The notes beneath the pieces were generated by a model. That model was given only the letters and a program-made list of their open reading frames with translations, searched no databases and was not told where the DNA came from. Positions 18,833 through 27,061 of a DNA stretch of 64,000 nt are shown one piece after another. The stretch's first letter is position 1, and each line of letters starts with the position of its first letter. This DNA is from Herminiimonas sp. (GTDB taxonomy: Bacteria > Pseudomonadota > Gammaproteobacteria > Burkholderiales > Burkholderiaceae_D): assembly GCA_043729515.1 (NCBI GenBank), contig JAYTLK010000259.1:1199-65198 (forward strand), read 5' to 3'. The translations under genes and the position numbers were made by a program.

Positions 18833-19300
18833 TCAACGCGTTGACGGCTGTGCTGGTACGCGCTGCCAGTTTTCAGCGCACTGCTTTACATAGGGATAAT
18901 AGCCATCCGGGTTATGGCAGTAATACCAGTTGCCGTCCGACGCCGGACCGTTCATCGCGGCGCTGCCTTGTTCGACATAGACAGGCGCCGGCGCCGGGGC
19001 TGTCACGATTGTCGTGCTCTGGCCGTAGGCACCGTACGGTCCGTAAGCGCCGTAGCCACCGTAACCACTGTAACCACCATACGGAGCATAACCGCCATAA
19101 GAACCGTAGCCGTAGCCCGGAAACCCATAGTAGGGATACCCGAAGCCCAGAACCGGGCCACCGATGAAGACACCGACACGACTACCGTGATGTCCACCAT
19201 GGTGACCGACTGCACCGTGATAGGCGAACGCACTGCCGCTCGTCATGGCCGCCGCCAGCAGCAACACTGCGGCACCAGAAAACTTGAATGATTTCATCAT
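18833..19300 (-). CDS. secreted His/Gly/Tyr-rich low-complexity protein with Cys-containing C-terminal motif
   Basis: AGGAGG RBS 4 nt before ATGATG at 19300. Signal peptide MMKSFKFSGAAVLLLAAAMTSGSAFA. HHGGHHG, then GYGYGSYGGYAPYGGYSGYGGYGAYGPYGAYG. C-terminus NWYYCHNPDGYYPYVKQCAENWQRVP. The track start at 19453 is rejected. Confidence 0.7.
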   Translation of the reverse strand: MMKSFKFSGAAVLLLAAAMTSGSAFAYHGAVGHHGGHHGSRVGVFIGGPVLGFGYPYYGFPGYGYGSYGGYAPYGGYSGYGGYGAYGPYGAYGQSTTIVTAPAPAPVYVEQGSAAMNGPASDGNWYYCHNPDGYYPYVKQCAENWQRVPAQPSTR

Positions 19301-19528
19301 GATCCTCCTGATTCCGGCCAATGCCGCCGGCACTTTATTAGTGTAGCGAACCAAACAACTCCTCGCAGGAATTCTTACCATTGGTTTCGAATCGGCATTC
19401 GATGACCTGCCATGAATCGGACCTTGTTGGCCCGATGGTACGCCAGCAGTCATTTGCAGACCGGCGATGGTTTTTCCAGGTGAAAGATGATTTTGCGGCG
19501 GTAGAATAGCGCCTTTTTCCAGGCAAAT

Positions 19529-20452
19529 ATGTGGTTCAAAAATCTCCAGCTCTACCGTCTACCCGCGCCATGGAGCATCTCGCGCGAACAACTCGAAGCC
19601 GCGCTGACGCCGCAGGCAATGACGGACACTTCCGGCGCCGATCTGCAGAATCAGGGTTGGTCCTCGCCACGCCGCAACGGCATGCTGGTGCATGCGGTCA
19701 ATCGCCAGTTTCTGCTGACGCTATCAACTGAAAAGAAATTGTTGCCAGCCAGCGTGGTGAACCAGGTCAGCAAGGCACGCGCAGCGGAAATTGAAGAGCA
19801 TCAAGGTTTTGCGCCCGGCCGCAAGCAAATGAAGGAAATCAAGGAACAGGTGACGGACGAGCTGTTGCCACGCGCCTTCAGCATCCGGCGTGATACCGCG
19901 GTCTGGATCGATCCGGTCAATGGCTGGCTGGTGGTCGATGCCGGCACGGCTGCCAAGGCAGATGAAGTCATCCGCCTGCTGATCAAATCGGTCGAGCGCC
20001 TGCCGTTACGCGCGCTGCAGGTCAGGCAATCACCCGTGGCCGCCATGACCGGATGGCTGCTTGCCGACGAAGCACCGGCCGGCTTCACCGTCGACCAGGA
20101 CACCGAGCTGCGTTCGACCGCCGAATCGAAGGCAACTGTGCGCTACGTGCGCCATGCACTCGAGCCGCAAGACGTGCGGCGCCACATCGAGAACGGCAAG
20201 CAATGCACCCGCCTGGCCATGACCTGGTCGGACCGAGTCTCCTTCGTGCTCACCGAAAACCTCACCATCAAGCGCATCGCAGCGCTCGATGTCCTCAAGG
20301 AAAGCGGATCGGCCGGTGGCCATGGCACTGCCACCAATGACGACGAGCGCTTCGACACCGATTTCGTGCTGATGACGGGGGAGCTTCATCGCCTGCTGGC
20401 GGCACTGGTCGAGACGCTGGGTGGAGAGGTGCCGGAACAGGTTGCGGCCTGA
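19529..20452 (+). CDS. rdgC: recombination-associated protein RdgC
   Basis: [12 protein letters not shown]-terminus and length of about 300 aa are typical of RdgC. Confidence 0.9.
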   Translation: MWFKNLQLYRLPAPWSISREQLEAALTPQAMTDTSGADLQNQGWSSPRRNGMLVHAVNRQFLLTLSTEKKLLPASVVNQVSKARAAEIEEHQGFAPGRKQMKEIKEQVTDELLPRAFSIRRDTAVWIDPVNGWLVVDAGTAAKADEVIRLLIKSVERLPLRALQVRQSPVAAMTGWLLADEAPAGFTVDQDTELRSTAESKATVRYVRHALEPQDVRRHIENGKQCTRLAMTWSDRVSFVLTENLTIKRIAALDVLKESGSAGGHGTATNDDERFDTDFVLMTGELHRLLAALVETLGGEVPEQVAA

Positions 20453-20532
20453 CGGGTCGGGCCGTGGCGCCGTATCGACAGGGGCAGGGTACACTCGTGG
20501 CTTCACCGATACCGGGCCGGCCTTCTTCTCCA

Positions 20533-21024
20533 ATGCTCATGCTGCGTAAATTCCACTTGTACCTGGGCACCTTGTTTGCGCCAGCGGTTATTTTTTTTGC
20601 TTTCAGCGGCATTTTCCAGGTACTGGGATTGCATGAAGCGGAGGAGGCGGCTGCGGTACAACCGCCACGCTGGATCGTCACGCTGGCATCGATTCACAAA
20701 GACCAGCGTCTGACGCATCCGAAGCCGCCGGCAGTGCCGGGTCCCATTGCGCAGATGCGTGCCGATCATGCCGGCGCGCCGGCACAAGTGCATCCGAATG
20801 AGACTGGCGACCACCACGTTCACGCCGGCGACAGTGAAGCTGCCGACCCGAACGGGCGGTCGCAGACCTTGCTCAAGGCATTCGCTGTGGTGATGGCGCT
20901 TGGCCTGATCGCAAGCGCCGGGATGGGAATCATGATTGCCGTCAGCAATCCGCGGACCCGTCGCGCGGCGACGATCATGCTGTTGATCGGCATGCTGCTG
21001 CCGCTCGGCCTGCTGGCGCTTTGA
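20533..21024 (+). CDS. membrane protein, PepSY-associated-TM-like, with His-rich loop
   Basis: MLMLRKFHLYLGTLFAPAVIFFAFSGIFQ resembles the PepSY_TM helix motif. Second TM at the C-terminus. The loop contains HPNETGDHHVHAGD. Function unknown. Confidence 0.5.
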   Translation: MLMLRKFHLYLGTLFAPAVIFFAFSGIFQVLGLHEAEEAAAVQPPRWIVTLASIHKDQRLTHPKPPAVPGPIAQMRADHAGAPAQVHPNETGDHHVHAGDSEAADPNGRSQTLLKAFAVVMALGLIASAGMGIMIAVSNPRTRRAATIMLLIGMLLPLGLLAL

Positions 21025-21057
21025 CGCTTGCTCGACAGACCGGCACCGCCATCACCA

Positions 21058-22065
21058 TCACTGTTGCATGAACGCGATCAGCGTACCCGGGTCGCCCGCA
21101 CTGGCCCCGGCTGTCGGCACGCTGGTCGCGATGATCAAATACCGACCATTGCTGCGATAGACATTGAAGCGCGCCGATTGGCCACCACTGACGGTATCGT
21201 TGTTCAAATCGACCAGGAATGCAGGCAGGGTCGAGGAACGCGCCGGATCGCGGTCAAAACGCGTCAGCGTCAGGTTGCCGTTGCCATCAAAACGCAGCGT
21301 CGCGCTGGGCGCTGATTTCGACTGCGTGCCGACGTTGTCCTGACCGCAGTTCTCGAAGCCGTTGAATGACAGATTGCGCAGCACCGTCGCATCGGTGACG
21401 CGCTCGGCCGCCGGGTCGAACAGCACGTAACGACTGCGGATGCGGTCGCTGTCAGGACCGGTCCCGCCATCGTTGCTGCACAGGGTAAAGACGTTTGCAT
21501 CGGCCGTGCCGGCGCACTGCTTGAATGCCGTGCCGCCGTTACAGCTGCCGGCGACCAGCACCGCGCCGCTGCTTTGACGGCCGTCGATATCCAGGCTGCC
21601 GGCACGCACCGTGGCAGTACCGTTCGGAGCTGAAATGCCCAAGCGGTAATACGCCAGATCCGACAGCGGCGCAAGCGCCGTCCTGGATGACCCGGAGCCA
21701 GCGTTGGACGCTGCCGGCCCGCCATCGCCGCCGGTGGTGCTGCCGGCGGTGGAGCTTGATGGATTGCCAGTCTGGCCGGCCGATGCTGCGCTGGCGGAGG
21801 TCGTGCCGTTCACCGGCCCGCTCGCTGCAGCCGTCGTCGGCGCCGCCGCCGCGCCTGCCCCTGCCGGACCGTCACTGCCGCCGCCACCGCAACCTGCAAG
21901 CATCACGATACCGACCGCGGCGATGCGTGCAGCGAGGCAGCGGCGAACAGGCGCGGCGGGAGAGTGGCCATGCCGCCGCGCGTCGTTCAGACCGAATGTG
22001 CTGCGCACCTCCCGTGCAATGCGCGAAGCGCGCGGGGCCACCAGTTCAAGTCGTGTCATCTTCAC
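21058..22065 (-). CDS. hypothetical lipoprotein with Ala/Gly/Ser-rich linker
   Basis: 335-aa ORF. Lipobox MLAGCGGGG preceded by an unusually long charged N-region, so the true start may be internal. Low-complexity linker, then a roughly 200-aa Cys-containing domain I cannot assign. Confidence 0.55.
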   Translation of the reverse strand: MKMTRLELVAPRASRIAREVRSTFGLNDARRHGHSPAAPVRRCLAARIAAVGIVMLAGCGGGGSDGPAGAGAAAAPTTAAASGPVNGTTSASAASAGQTGNPSSSTAGSTTGGDGGPAASNAGSGSSRTALAPLSDLAYYRLGISAPNGTATVRAGSLDIDGRQSSGAVLVAGSCNGGTAFKQCAGTADANVFTLCSNDGGTGPDSDRIRSRYVLFDPAAERVTDATVLRNLSFNGFENCGQDNVGTQSKSAPSATLRFDGNGNLTLTRFDRDPARSSTLPAFLVDLNNDTVSGGQSARFNVYRSNGRYLIIATSVPTAGASAGDPGTLIAFMQQ

Positions 22066-22243
22066 CCTCAGGATTGATTGAATGTTCGGAATACTGCTTG
22101 CCGAATCATTTAATCAAACCGGGACAGATGGGAATTAAGCCGACGCAAGTGATGCCACGCGAAATTTTCTTTTCATCCAAAGCTTGCGCTGTTGCGAACA
22201 TCCGGAGGTTGCCATGGAACTTGATGGCGAAATTTCGGTCGCC

Positions 22244-23494
22244 TCAGGTCACCTGGCCTGCGCTGGTGGCGTGTGCCAAAAAATCCGCGTGGCCGTTGGC
22301 TGCCAGGATCTCGCGCAAGCCATCCACGGCATCCCAGACATCGACAAAGCGGGTATAAAGCGGCGTCAAACCAAACCGCATCAGATCCGGCGCCCGAAAG
22401 TCGCCGACGATGCCACGCGCAATCAGGGCCCGCATGATTGCCTGCGCCTGTGGATGCGCGATGCTGACATGACTGCCGCGCGCAGTTTGCATGCGCGGCG
22501 TTGCCACCGACAATCCCATGCCGCAAGGCAGTGAATCGATCAGCGTGATGAACAGCTCGGAGAGAGCAAGCGATTTTTTGCGAATGGCCGCCATCGATGT
22601 CTCCTGAAAAATAGCCAGGCCGCACTCGATCAGCGCCAGCGACAGGATCGGCTGGGTACCGCAGAGCGCCCGCCGGATGCCGTCCCCGGGGGTGAACCGG
22701 TGGTCCATTGCGAACGGCGCCGCATGCGCCCACCATCCCGTCAGCGGTTGAACGAACGCCGCCTGGTGCTGCCTGGGCACCCATACGAAGGCAGGCGCAC
22801 CCGGCCCGCCGTTCAGATATTTATAGGTGCATCCGACTGCGAAATCCGCGCGCGCCGCATGCAGCGCTACCTCCAGCGCGCCGGCCGAGTGGGCCAGGTC
22901 CCAGATGGCGAGCGCACCGGCGGCATGCGCCCGGGCGGTCAAGCCGGCCATGTCGTGCAGATGCCCGGTGCGGTAATTCACATGTGTCAGCAACAGCACG
23001 GCGGTGTCGGCATCGATTGCCGCGCCGATCTCCTCGGGCGAGTCAACCAGCTGCAGCCGATAGCCGCGGTCGAGCCAGTCGGCCAGGCCCTGTGCGATGT
23101 AGACGTCGGAGGGAAAGTTCGCACGTTCGGTCACGATCGTGCGGCGCGGCGTGCCGGACTGGATCTGCAGCGCTGCAGCCAGGACCTTGAACAGATTCAC
23201 CGAGGTCGAGTCGGTCACCGCCACCTCGCCGGCCCGGGCGCCGATCAGCGGCGCGAGCAGGTCGCCGATCCGCAGCGGCAGATCGAACCAGCCGGCCTGG
23301 TTCCAGCTGCCGATCAAGTCCTTGCCCCATTCTTCCTGCACGATCTGCGCTGCCCGCGCTGCGGCGGCCACCGGGCGTGCGCCGAGCGAGTTGCCGTCCA
23401 GGTAGATCAACGCCGGCGGCAGGGCAAACCGCTGCCGCAATGCCGCCAGCGGATCGTCGCAGTCGAGCGCGATGCAGTGGGCACGGTCGATCAT
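22244..23494 (-). CDS. kynU: kynureninase
   Basis: 416 aa. [10 protein letters not shown] and [12 protein letters not shown] (PLP-Lys region) motifs. ATGA overlap with kynB. Confidence 0.9.
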   Translation of the reverse strand: MIDRAHCIALDCDDPLAALRQRFALPPALIYLDGNSLGARPVAAAARAAQIVQEEWGKDLIGSWNQAGWFDLPLRIGDLLAPLIGARAGEVAVTDSTSVNLFKVLAAALQIQSGTPRRTIVTERANFPSDVYIAQGLADWLDRGYRLQLVDSPEEIGAAIDADTAVLLLTHVNYRTGHLHDMAGLTARAHAAGALAIWDLAHSAGALEVALHAARADFAVGCTYKYLNGGPGAPAFVWVPRQHQAAFVQPLTGWWAHAAPFAMDHRFTPGDGIRRALCGTQPILSLALIECGLAIFQETSMAAIRKKSLALSELFITLIDSLPCGMGLSVATPRMQTARGSHVSIAHPQAQAIMRALIARGIVGDFRAPDLMRFGLTPLYTRFVDVWDAVDGLREILAANGHADFLAHATSAGQVT

Positions 23495-24171
23495 GGCGCG
23501 CCGCCATCCCGGCGCAGCACGGCGCGTACCGGACTGGCATCGAGCCCTGCCAGTTTCAACGGCAGCGCGATCAGCTCGTAGTCTCCGGCTTCGACGGCAT
23601 CGAGCACGATGCCTTCGAGGATTGCCATGCCGTGCCGGCAGACCGCGTGATGCGCGTCCATGGTCTTGGAGTCCTGTGGATCGAGCGACGGCGTATCGAT
23701 GCCGATCAGGCGCACGCCCGCGCTGGACAGCATCGCAATGGTGGCAGCATCAACGGATGCGAATGCGGGATCCCATGCGGTCTGTGGCGCCTGCGCATAA
23801 GTACGCAGCAATACCCGGACCGGAATCTCCGTGAGAAAGGGCGCGACATGCGTCGGCATCACGCGCGCCACGCCCGTGCAGTCAATCACGCGACAGCGGC
23901 CGAGGTAGACGTCGAGCGGCACCGCATCGATCGCAACGCCATGCGGATCATAGTGGGAAGGAGCATCGCAATGCGCGCCGGTATGGGTCGACATGCTGAA
24001 GCGGGCAACTCGCACCGGGCTGGCGTCGGTGATGTCCCAGGTCATGGCGGTCGTCATCTGCACATCGCCCGGCCAGACCGGAAGGGTGGTGGAGAGCGTC
24101 GGCGAGATGTCCCACAATTGACACTGCGCATCGCCGGACACGGCAGTCGTGGAAATGGAAGGAATGCGCAT
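23491..24171 (-). CDS. kynB: kynurenine formamidase (arylformamidase)
   Basis: [18 protein letters not shown] and [12 protein letters not shown] metal-binding motif of cyclase-family KynB. Confidence 0.88.
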   Translation of the reverse strand: MRIPSISTTAVSGDAQCQLWDISPTLSTTLPVWPGDVQMTTAMTWDITDASPVRVARFSMSTHTGAHCDAPSHYDPHGVAIDAVPLDVYLGRCRVIDCTGVARVMPTHVAPFLTEIPVRVLLRTYAQAPQTAWDPAFASVDAATIAMLSSAGVRLIGIDTPSLDPQDSKTMDAHHAVCRHGMAILEGIVLDAVEAGDYELIALPLKLAGLDASPVRAVLRRDGGAP

Positions 24172-24172
24172 G

Positions 24173-24931
24173 CTACATCTGCTTGAACAGATGCACGAAG
24201 CTGCGGCTGACCTCGAGCTTGTCCGGCTGGCCCTTGATCAGCACCAGGTGACGGCCACGCAGATCACGGGCCACGCCATCGATCGCGTGCACGTTGACCA
24301 GGGTGGAGCGATGAATCTGCCAGAACAGCGCCGGATCGAGTTCGTCGGACAGGTCACGCACCGGCTTGCGGATGAGCGCCTCGAAGCGGTTGGTCTGGAC
24401 CCGGGTATATTTTTCATCCGACTGGAAGAACAGCACATCGGCTACCGGAATCAGCCGCAGCTCCTGACCGATCGATGCCTGAATCCACTGCAGATAACTG
24501 GGTTTTGGCGCGATCTGACCAGCCAGCCTGGCCAGCATGGCGCTGACATCGCTCACCTCCTGCGCCGGACCCTGCTGGAGGCGCCGCTGCAGTCGCTCGA
24601 CCGTGATCTTCAGTCGCTCCGTTTCCGCCGGCTTCAAGACATAATCGATTGCGCCATGCTCGAAGGCTTCCACTGCATATTGATCGTAGGCCGTGATGAA
24701 CACCACATGCGTCGTGCCGGCGATCGCCTGCGCGGCTTCGATGCCGGTCTTGCCCGGCATCCGGATGTCGAGGAAGGTCAGGTCCGGCCGATGCTGCTGC
24801 ACCAGTGCGATCGCTTCCTCGCCGTTTTTTGCTTCGGCCAGAATCTCCAGTTCCGGCCAGACCTGCGACAGTCGCAAGCGCAACTGATCGCGCATCAGGC
24901 GTTCGTCATCGGCAATGATGGCACTCGGCAT
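24173..24931 (-). CDS. LytR/AlgR-family response regulator (receiver + LytTR DNA-binding domain)
   Basis: Receiver (IIADDE..., FLDIRMPG) plus a LytTR domain ([12 protein letters not shown]). Its TAG stop (24175-24173) is 1 nt from the kynB start codon (24171). Confidence 0.88.
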   Translation of the reverse strand: MPSAIIADDERLMRDQLRLRLSQVWPELEILAEAKNGEEAIALVQQHRPDLTFLDIRMPGKTGIEAAQAIAGTTHVVFITAYDQYAVEAFEHGAIDYVLKPAETERLKITVERLQRRLQQGPAQEVSDVSAMLARLAGQIAPKPSYLQWIQASIGQELRLIPVADVLFFQSDEKYTRVQTNRFEALIRKPVRDLSDELDPALFWQIHRSTLVNVHAIDGVARDLRGRHLVLIKGQPDKLEVSRSFVHLFKQM

Positions 24932-24952
24932 GCAACCTCTCCCTGATCATTC

Positions 24953-26359
24953 TTATTTGTTTCCGGCGACGGCGACCTGATACGGCACATCGATCGTGGC
25001 CCGCACGCCGGTTGGCTGGTTCGGCACGATTTCGAGCTGACCGCCATCCTGGTACAGCAGTTTGAGGCGTTCCCGGATGCTTTGCAATCCCAGCCCGGTG
25101 CCATCGCTGGCCACCGCACCGAAGCCCAGCCCGTCGTCGGAGACACTGACCCGCAACCGGTTGTCGGCCACTTCGGCCAGCACCTGCAGCGTGCCGCCCT
25201 CCGGCTTGCGCTCCAGGCCATGCTTGATCGCATTTTCCACCAGCGACTGCAGCATCATCGGTGGGAACACCGCACTGCGCAGTCCGGCCGAGATCCGGAA
25301 GTCGATGGTGAGCCGTTCTTCCATGCGCATTTTCAGCAAATCGAGATAGGCGCGCACCATGTCCGCTTCGCGGCCCAAGGTCGTGGCCACGGCGGTTTCC
25401 CGCATCTGCGGCAGCACTGCCCGCAGATACTGGATCAGGCTGCGTTGCATGGCGGATGCCCGCGGCGGATCGGTTTCGATCAGATATTCGACCGATGCCA
25501 AGGTATTGAACAGAAAGTGCGGCTCGACCTGCGCCTGCATGACCTGCATCTTGGCTTCCGTGATCTCGCGTTGCAGCGTGGCCCGCTCGGCGGCGGCATT
25601 GGCGGCCTGGGCCTGGGCTTCGGCGCGCTTCTTGCCACCCATTAGCGCTTTCGTGCCGAACAGGCCGACCACCAGCAACACCACGAAATTCATGAACCAC
25701 TCCGACGATTTTTGCTTGGCAACCGAGACTTCCTGCGACGCCGCTTCATCGACCGCATCGGCCAGTGCCTCGCGCACCTCCTGACCTACTTCCGGCGGCA
25801 GGTAGATGTGCACGTCGGACGGTGAAGGCTTCGGGCCTGCCGGCTTCGAAGGTGCGGCTGCCGTGCCTGGCTGGCCTGGGGTGGCAGGCCCGACGGGTCC
25901 GACAGGTCCGACAGGTTCGACAGGCGTCGCCGTTGCTGCACCGACGGCGGCGGCATTGCTCGCCGCTGCAGGATCGTTCGCCTTGCTCTCGTCTGCGTCA
26001 TCTCCTTTGGACTTGCCGGCCATTTTTTCCTTGCCGCTGTTGGTGATGTGCAGGCCGGAGGCATCGATGCGGATGGTGGTGCCGTCATCTGTCGTCATCT
26101 GATGTTCCTGGCTGCTTTTGAACAGGCGCGAATGGATGCTTGGCTGTTTTTTGCGCACCACGACGCTGTCTTCGGATTTGCTCGAAAACAGCGCATCCTG
26201 GATCAGGCCGCCACAGATCATCAGCAACAGGGCGAACAACAGGAATTTCCGCCATGAGAGCTGGGTGACCCAGGTTGCGAGAGCATCGAAAGCAACCCGT
26301 AACCAGGCGATGGTCGCGGCGACGGCGATCTTGAAGGTGTCTGCGTGATTCGAATTCAT
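24953..26359 (-). CDS. LytS/YehU-type sensor histidine kinase with low-complexity inter-TM loop
   Basis: Start at ATG 26359 (MNSNHADTF). Two TM helices. PF06580-like EPHFLFNTLASVEYLI H-box region and HATPase (GLGLQSIRERL). The track start at 26494 is rejected. Confidence 0.85.
   Translation of the reverse strand: MNSNHADTFKIAVAATIAWLRVAFDALATWVTQLSWRKFLLFALLLMICGGLIQDALFSSKSEDSVVVRKKQPSIHSRLFKSSQEHQMTTDDGTTIRIDASGLHITNSGKEKMAGKSKGDDADESKANDPAAASNAAAVGAATATPVEPVGPVGPVGPATPGQPGTAAAPSKPAGPKPSPSDVHIYLPPEVGQEVREALADAVDEAASQEVSVAKQKSSEWFMNFVVLLVVGLFGTKALMGGKKRAEAQAQAANAAAERATLQREITEAKMQVMQAQVEPHFLFNTLASVEYLIETDPPRASAMQRSLIQYLRAVLPQMRETAVATTLGREADMVRAYLDLLKMRMEERLTIDFRISAGLRSAVFPPMMLQSLVENAIKHGLERKPEGGTLQVLAEVADNRLRVSVSDDGLGFGAVASDGTGLGLQSIRERLKLLYQDGGQLEIVPNQPTGVRATIDVPYQVAVAGNK
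25887..25922. repeat. In-frame 9-bp tandem repeat (4 units, GGYCCGACR) inside the kinase gene
   Basis: ggcccgacg ggtccgaca ggtccgaca ggttcgaca. On the coding (minus) strand this encodes PVEPVGPVGPVGP. Confidence 0.9.
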
Positions 26360-26447
26360 GGGGTGCTCGGTGAGTGTACCGGCCATTGATGCCGATATCG
26401 TTTTTGCGGGAGGCAGTCTAGCGTATGTGCGTGTCGATCCGGGACAT

Positions 26448-26741
26448 TCAGAATGCCGGCGCGGCTGGCGCGTGGCGCTGGCGATCGTTTGCATTCAACA
26501 TGCCGATCATTGCCGGTGCTTGTACATCGTTTGCAAGCCGGTGTTTTTCGGCTGTGCTGAGTTTCTTTGCCACGATGGTCAAGGTCGGTATGGCCGGGTC
26601 GATCCGGTAGGCGGCGTCCTGGGAATTCGCTGCGATGTAGTCCAGCGGCCCGGCGGGCCACAATGCGCCCGTGAGCAGGCCAGCCACGATCGCCAGTACG
26701 GCAGCGGCCCTTTTCATTGCGGTTGAGGTCGGCGTTGTCAT
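26448..26741 (-). CDS. small membrane-anchored/secreted hypothetical protein upstream of the LytS-type kinase
   Basis: 97 aa from ATG 26741 (MTTPTSTAMKRAAAVLAIVAGLLTGALW...). Same strand, 88 nt upstream of the kinase start. No recognisable domain. The 200-aa track ORF is an extension. Confidence 0.45.
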   Translation of the reverse strand: MTTPTSTAMKRAAAVLAIVAGLLTGALWPAGPLDYIAANSQDAAYRIDPAIPTLTIVAKKLSTAEKHRLANDVQAPAMIGMLNANDRQRHAPAAPAF

Positions 26742-27061
26742 GATGGGTCCTTTCGATTGGGTGACAGGTGTCTTGCGATGGTTGCAATGTAGACTCTGGC
26801 TGCAAACGCCACCATCGGCTTGCGACGGACGGCATATTGCCGGGGATGAACGGTAAAAAAACCGATCGATCCGGTGAATCGGACCCTGTGAGCCACGCTG
26901 AGCCGCAGCGCCCGGATGCCAGGAGCCGCTGTCAGCCACATGACGATGTGCGTTTTGTATCGTTTGATCGGCATGTGGCAGCAGACGCCACTTGAGTCGG
27001 TTCCCCTGCCTGCTTCTTTCGTCCCTGGGGGAGGGCGCCGTTACAGTCACAATCTATCGGG

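Noticed and set aside
19383-19395. GGTTTCGAATCGG, reminiscent of a tRNA T-arm
   Set aside because: It does not match the GGTTCGAATCC consensus, and the flanks cannot be folded into acceptor or anticodon stems. I found no tRNA anywhere in the window.
22066-24171. Expectation of kynA (tryptophan 2,3-dioxygenase) adjacent to kynB/kynU
   Set aside because: No ORF in or around this cluster resembles TDO. The flanking genes are a lipoprotein and the LytTR regulator. kynA must lie outside the window.
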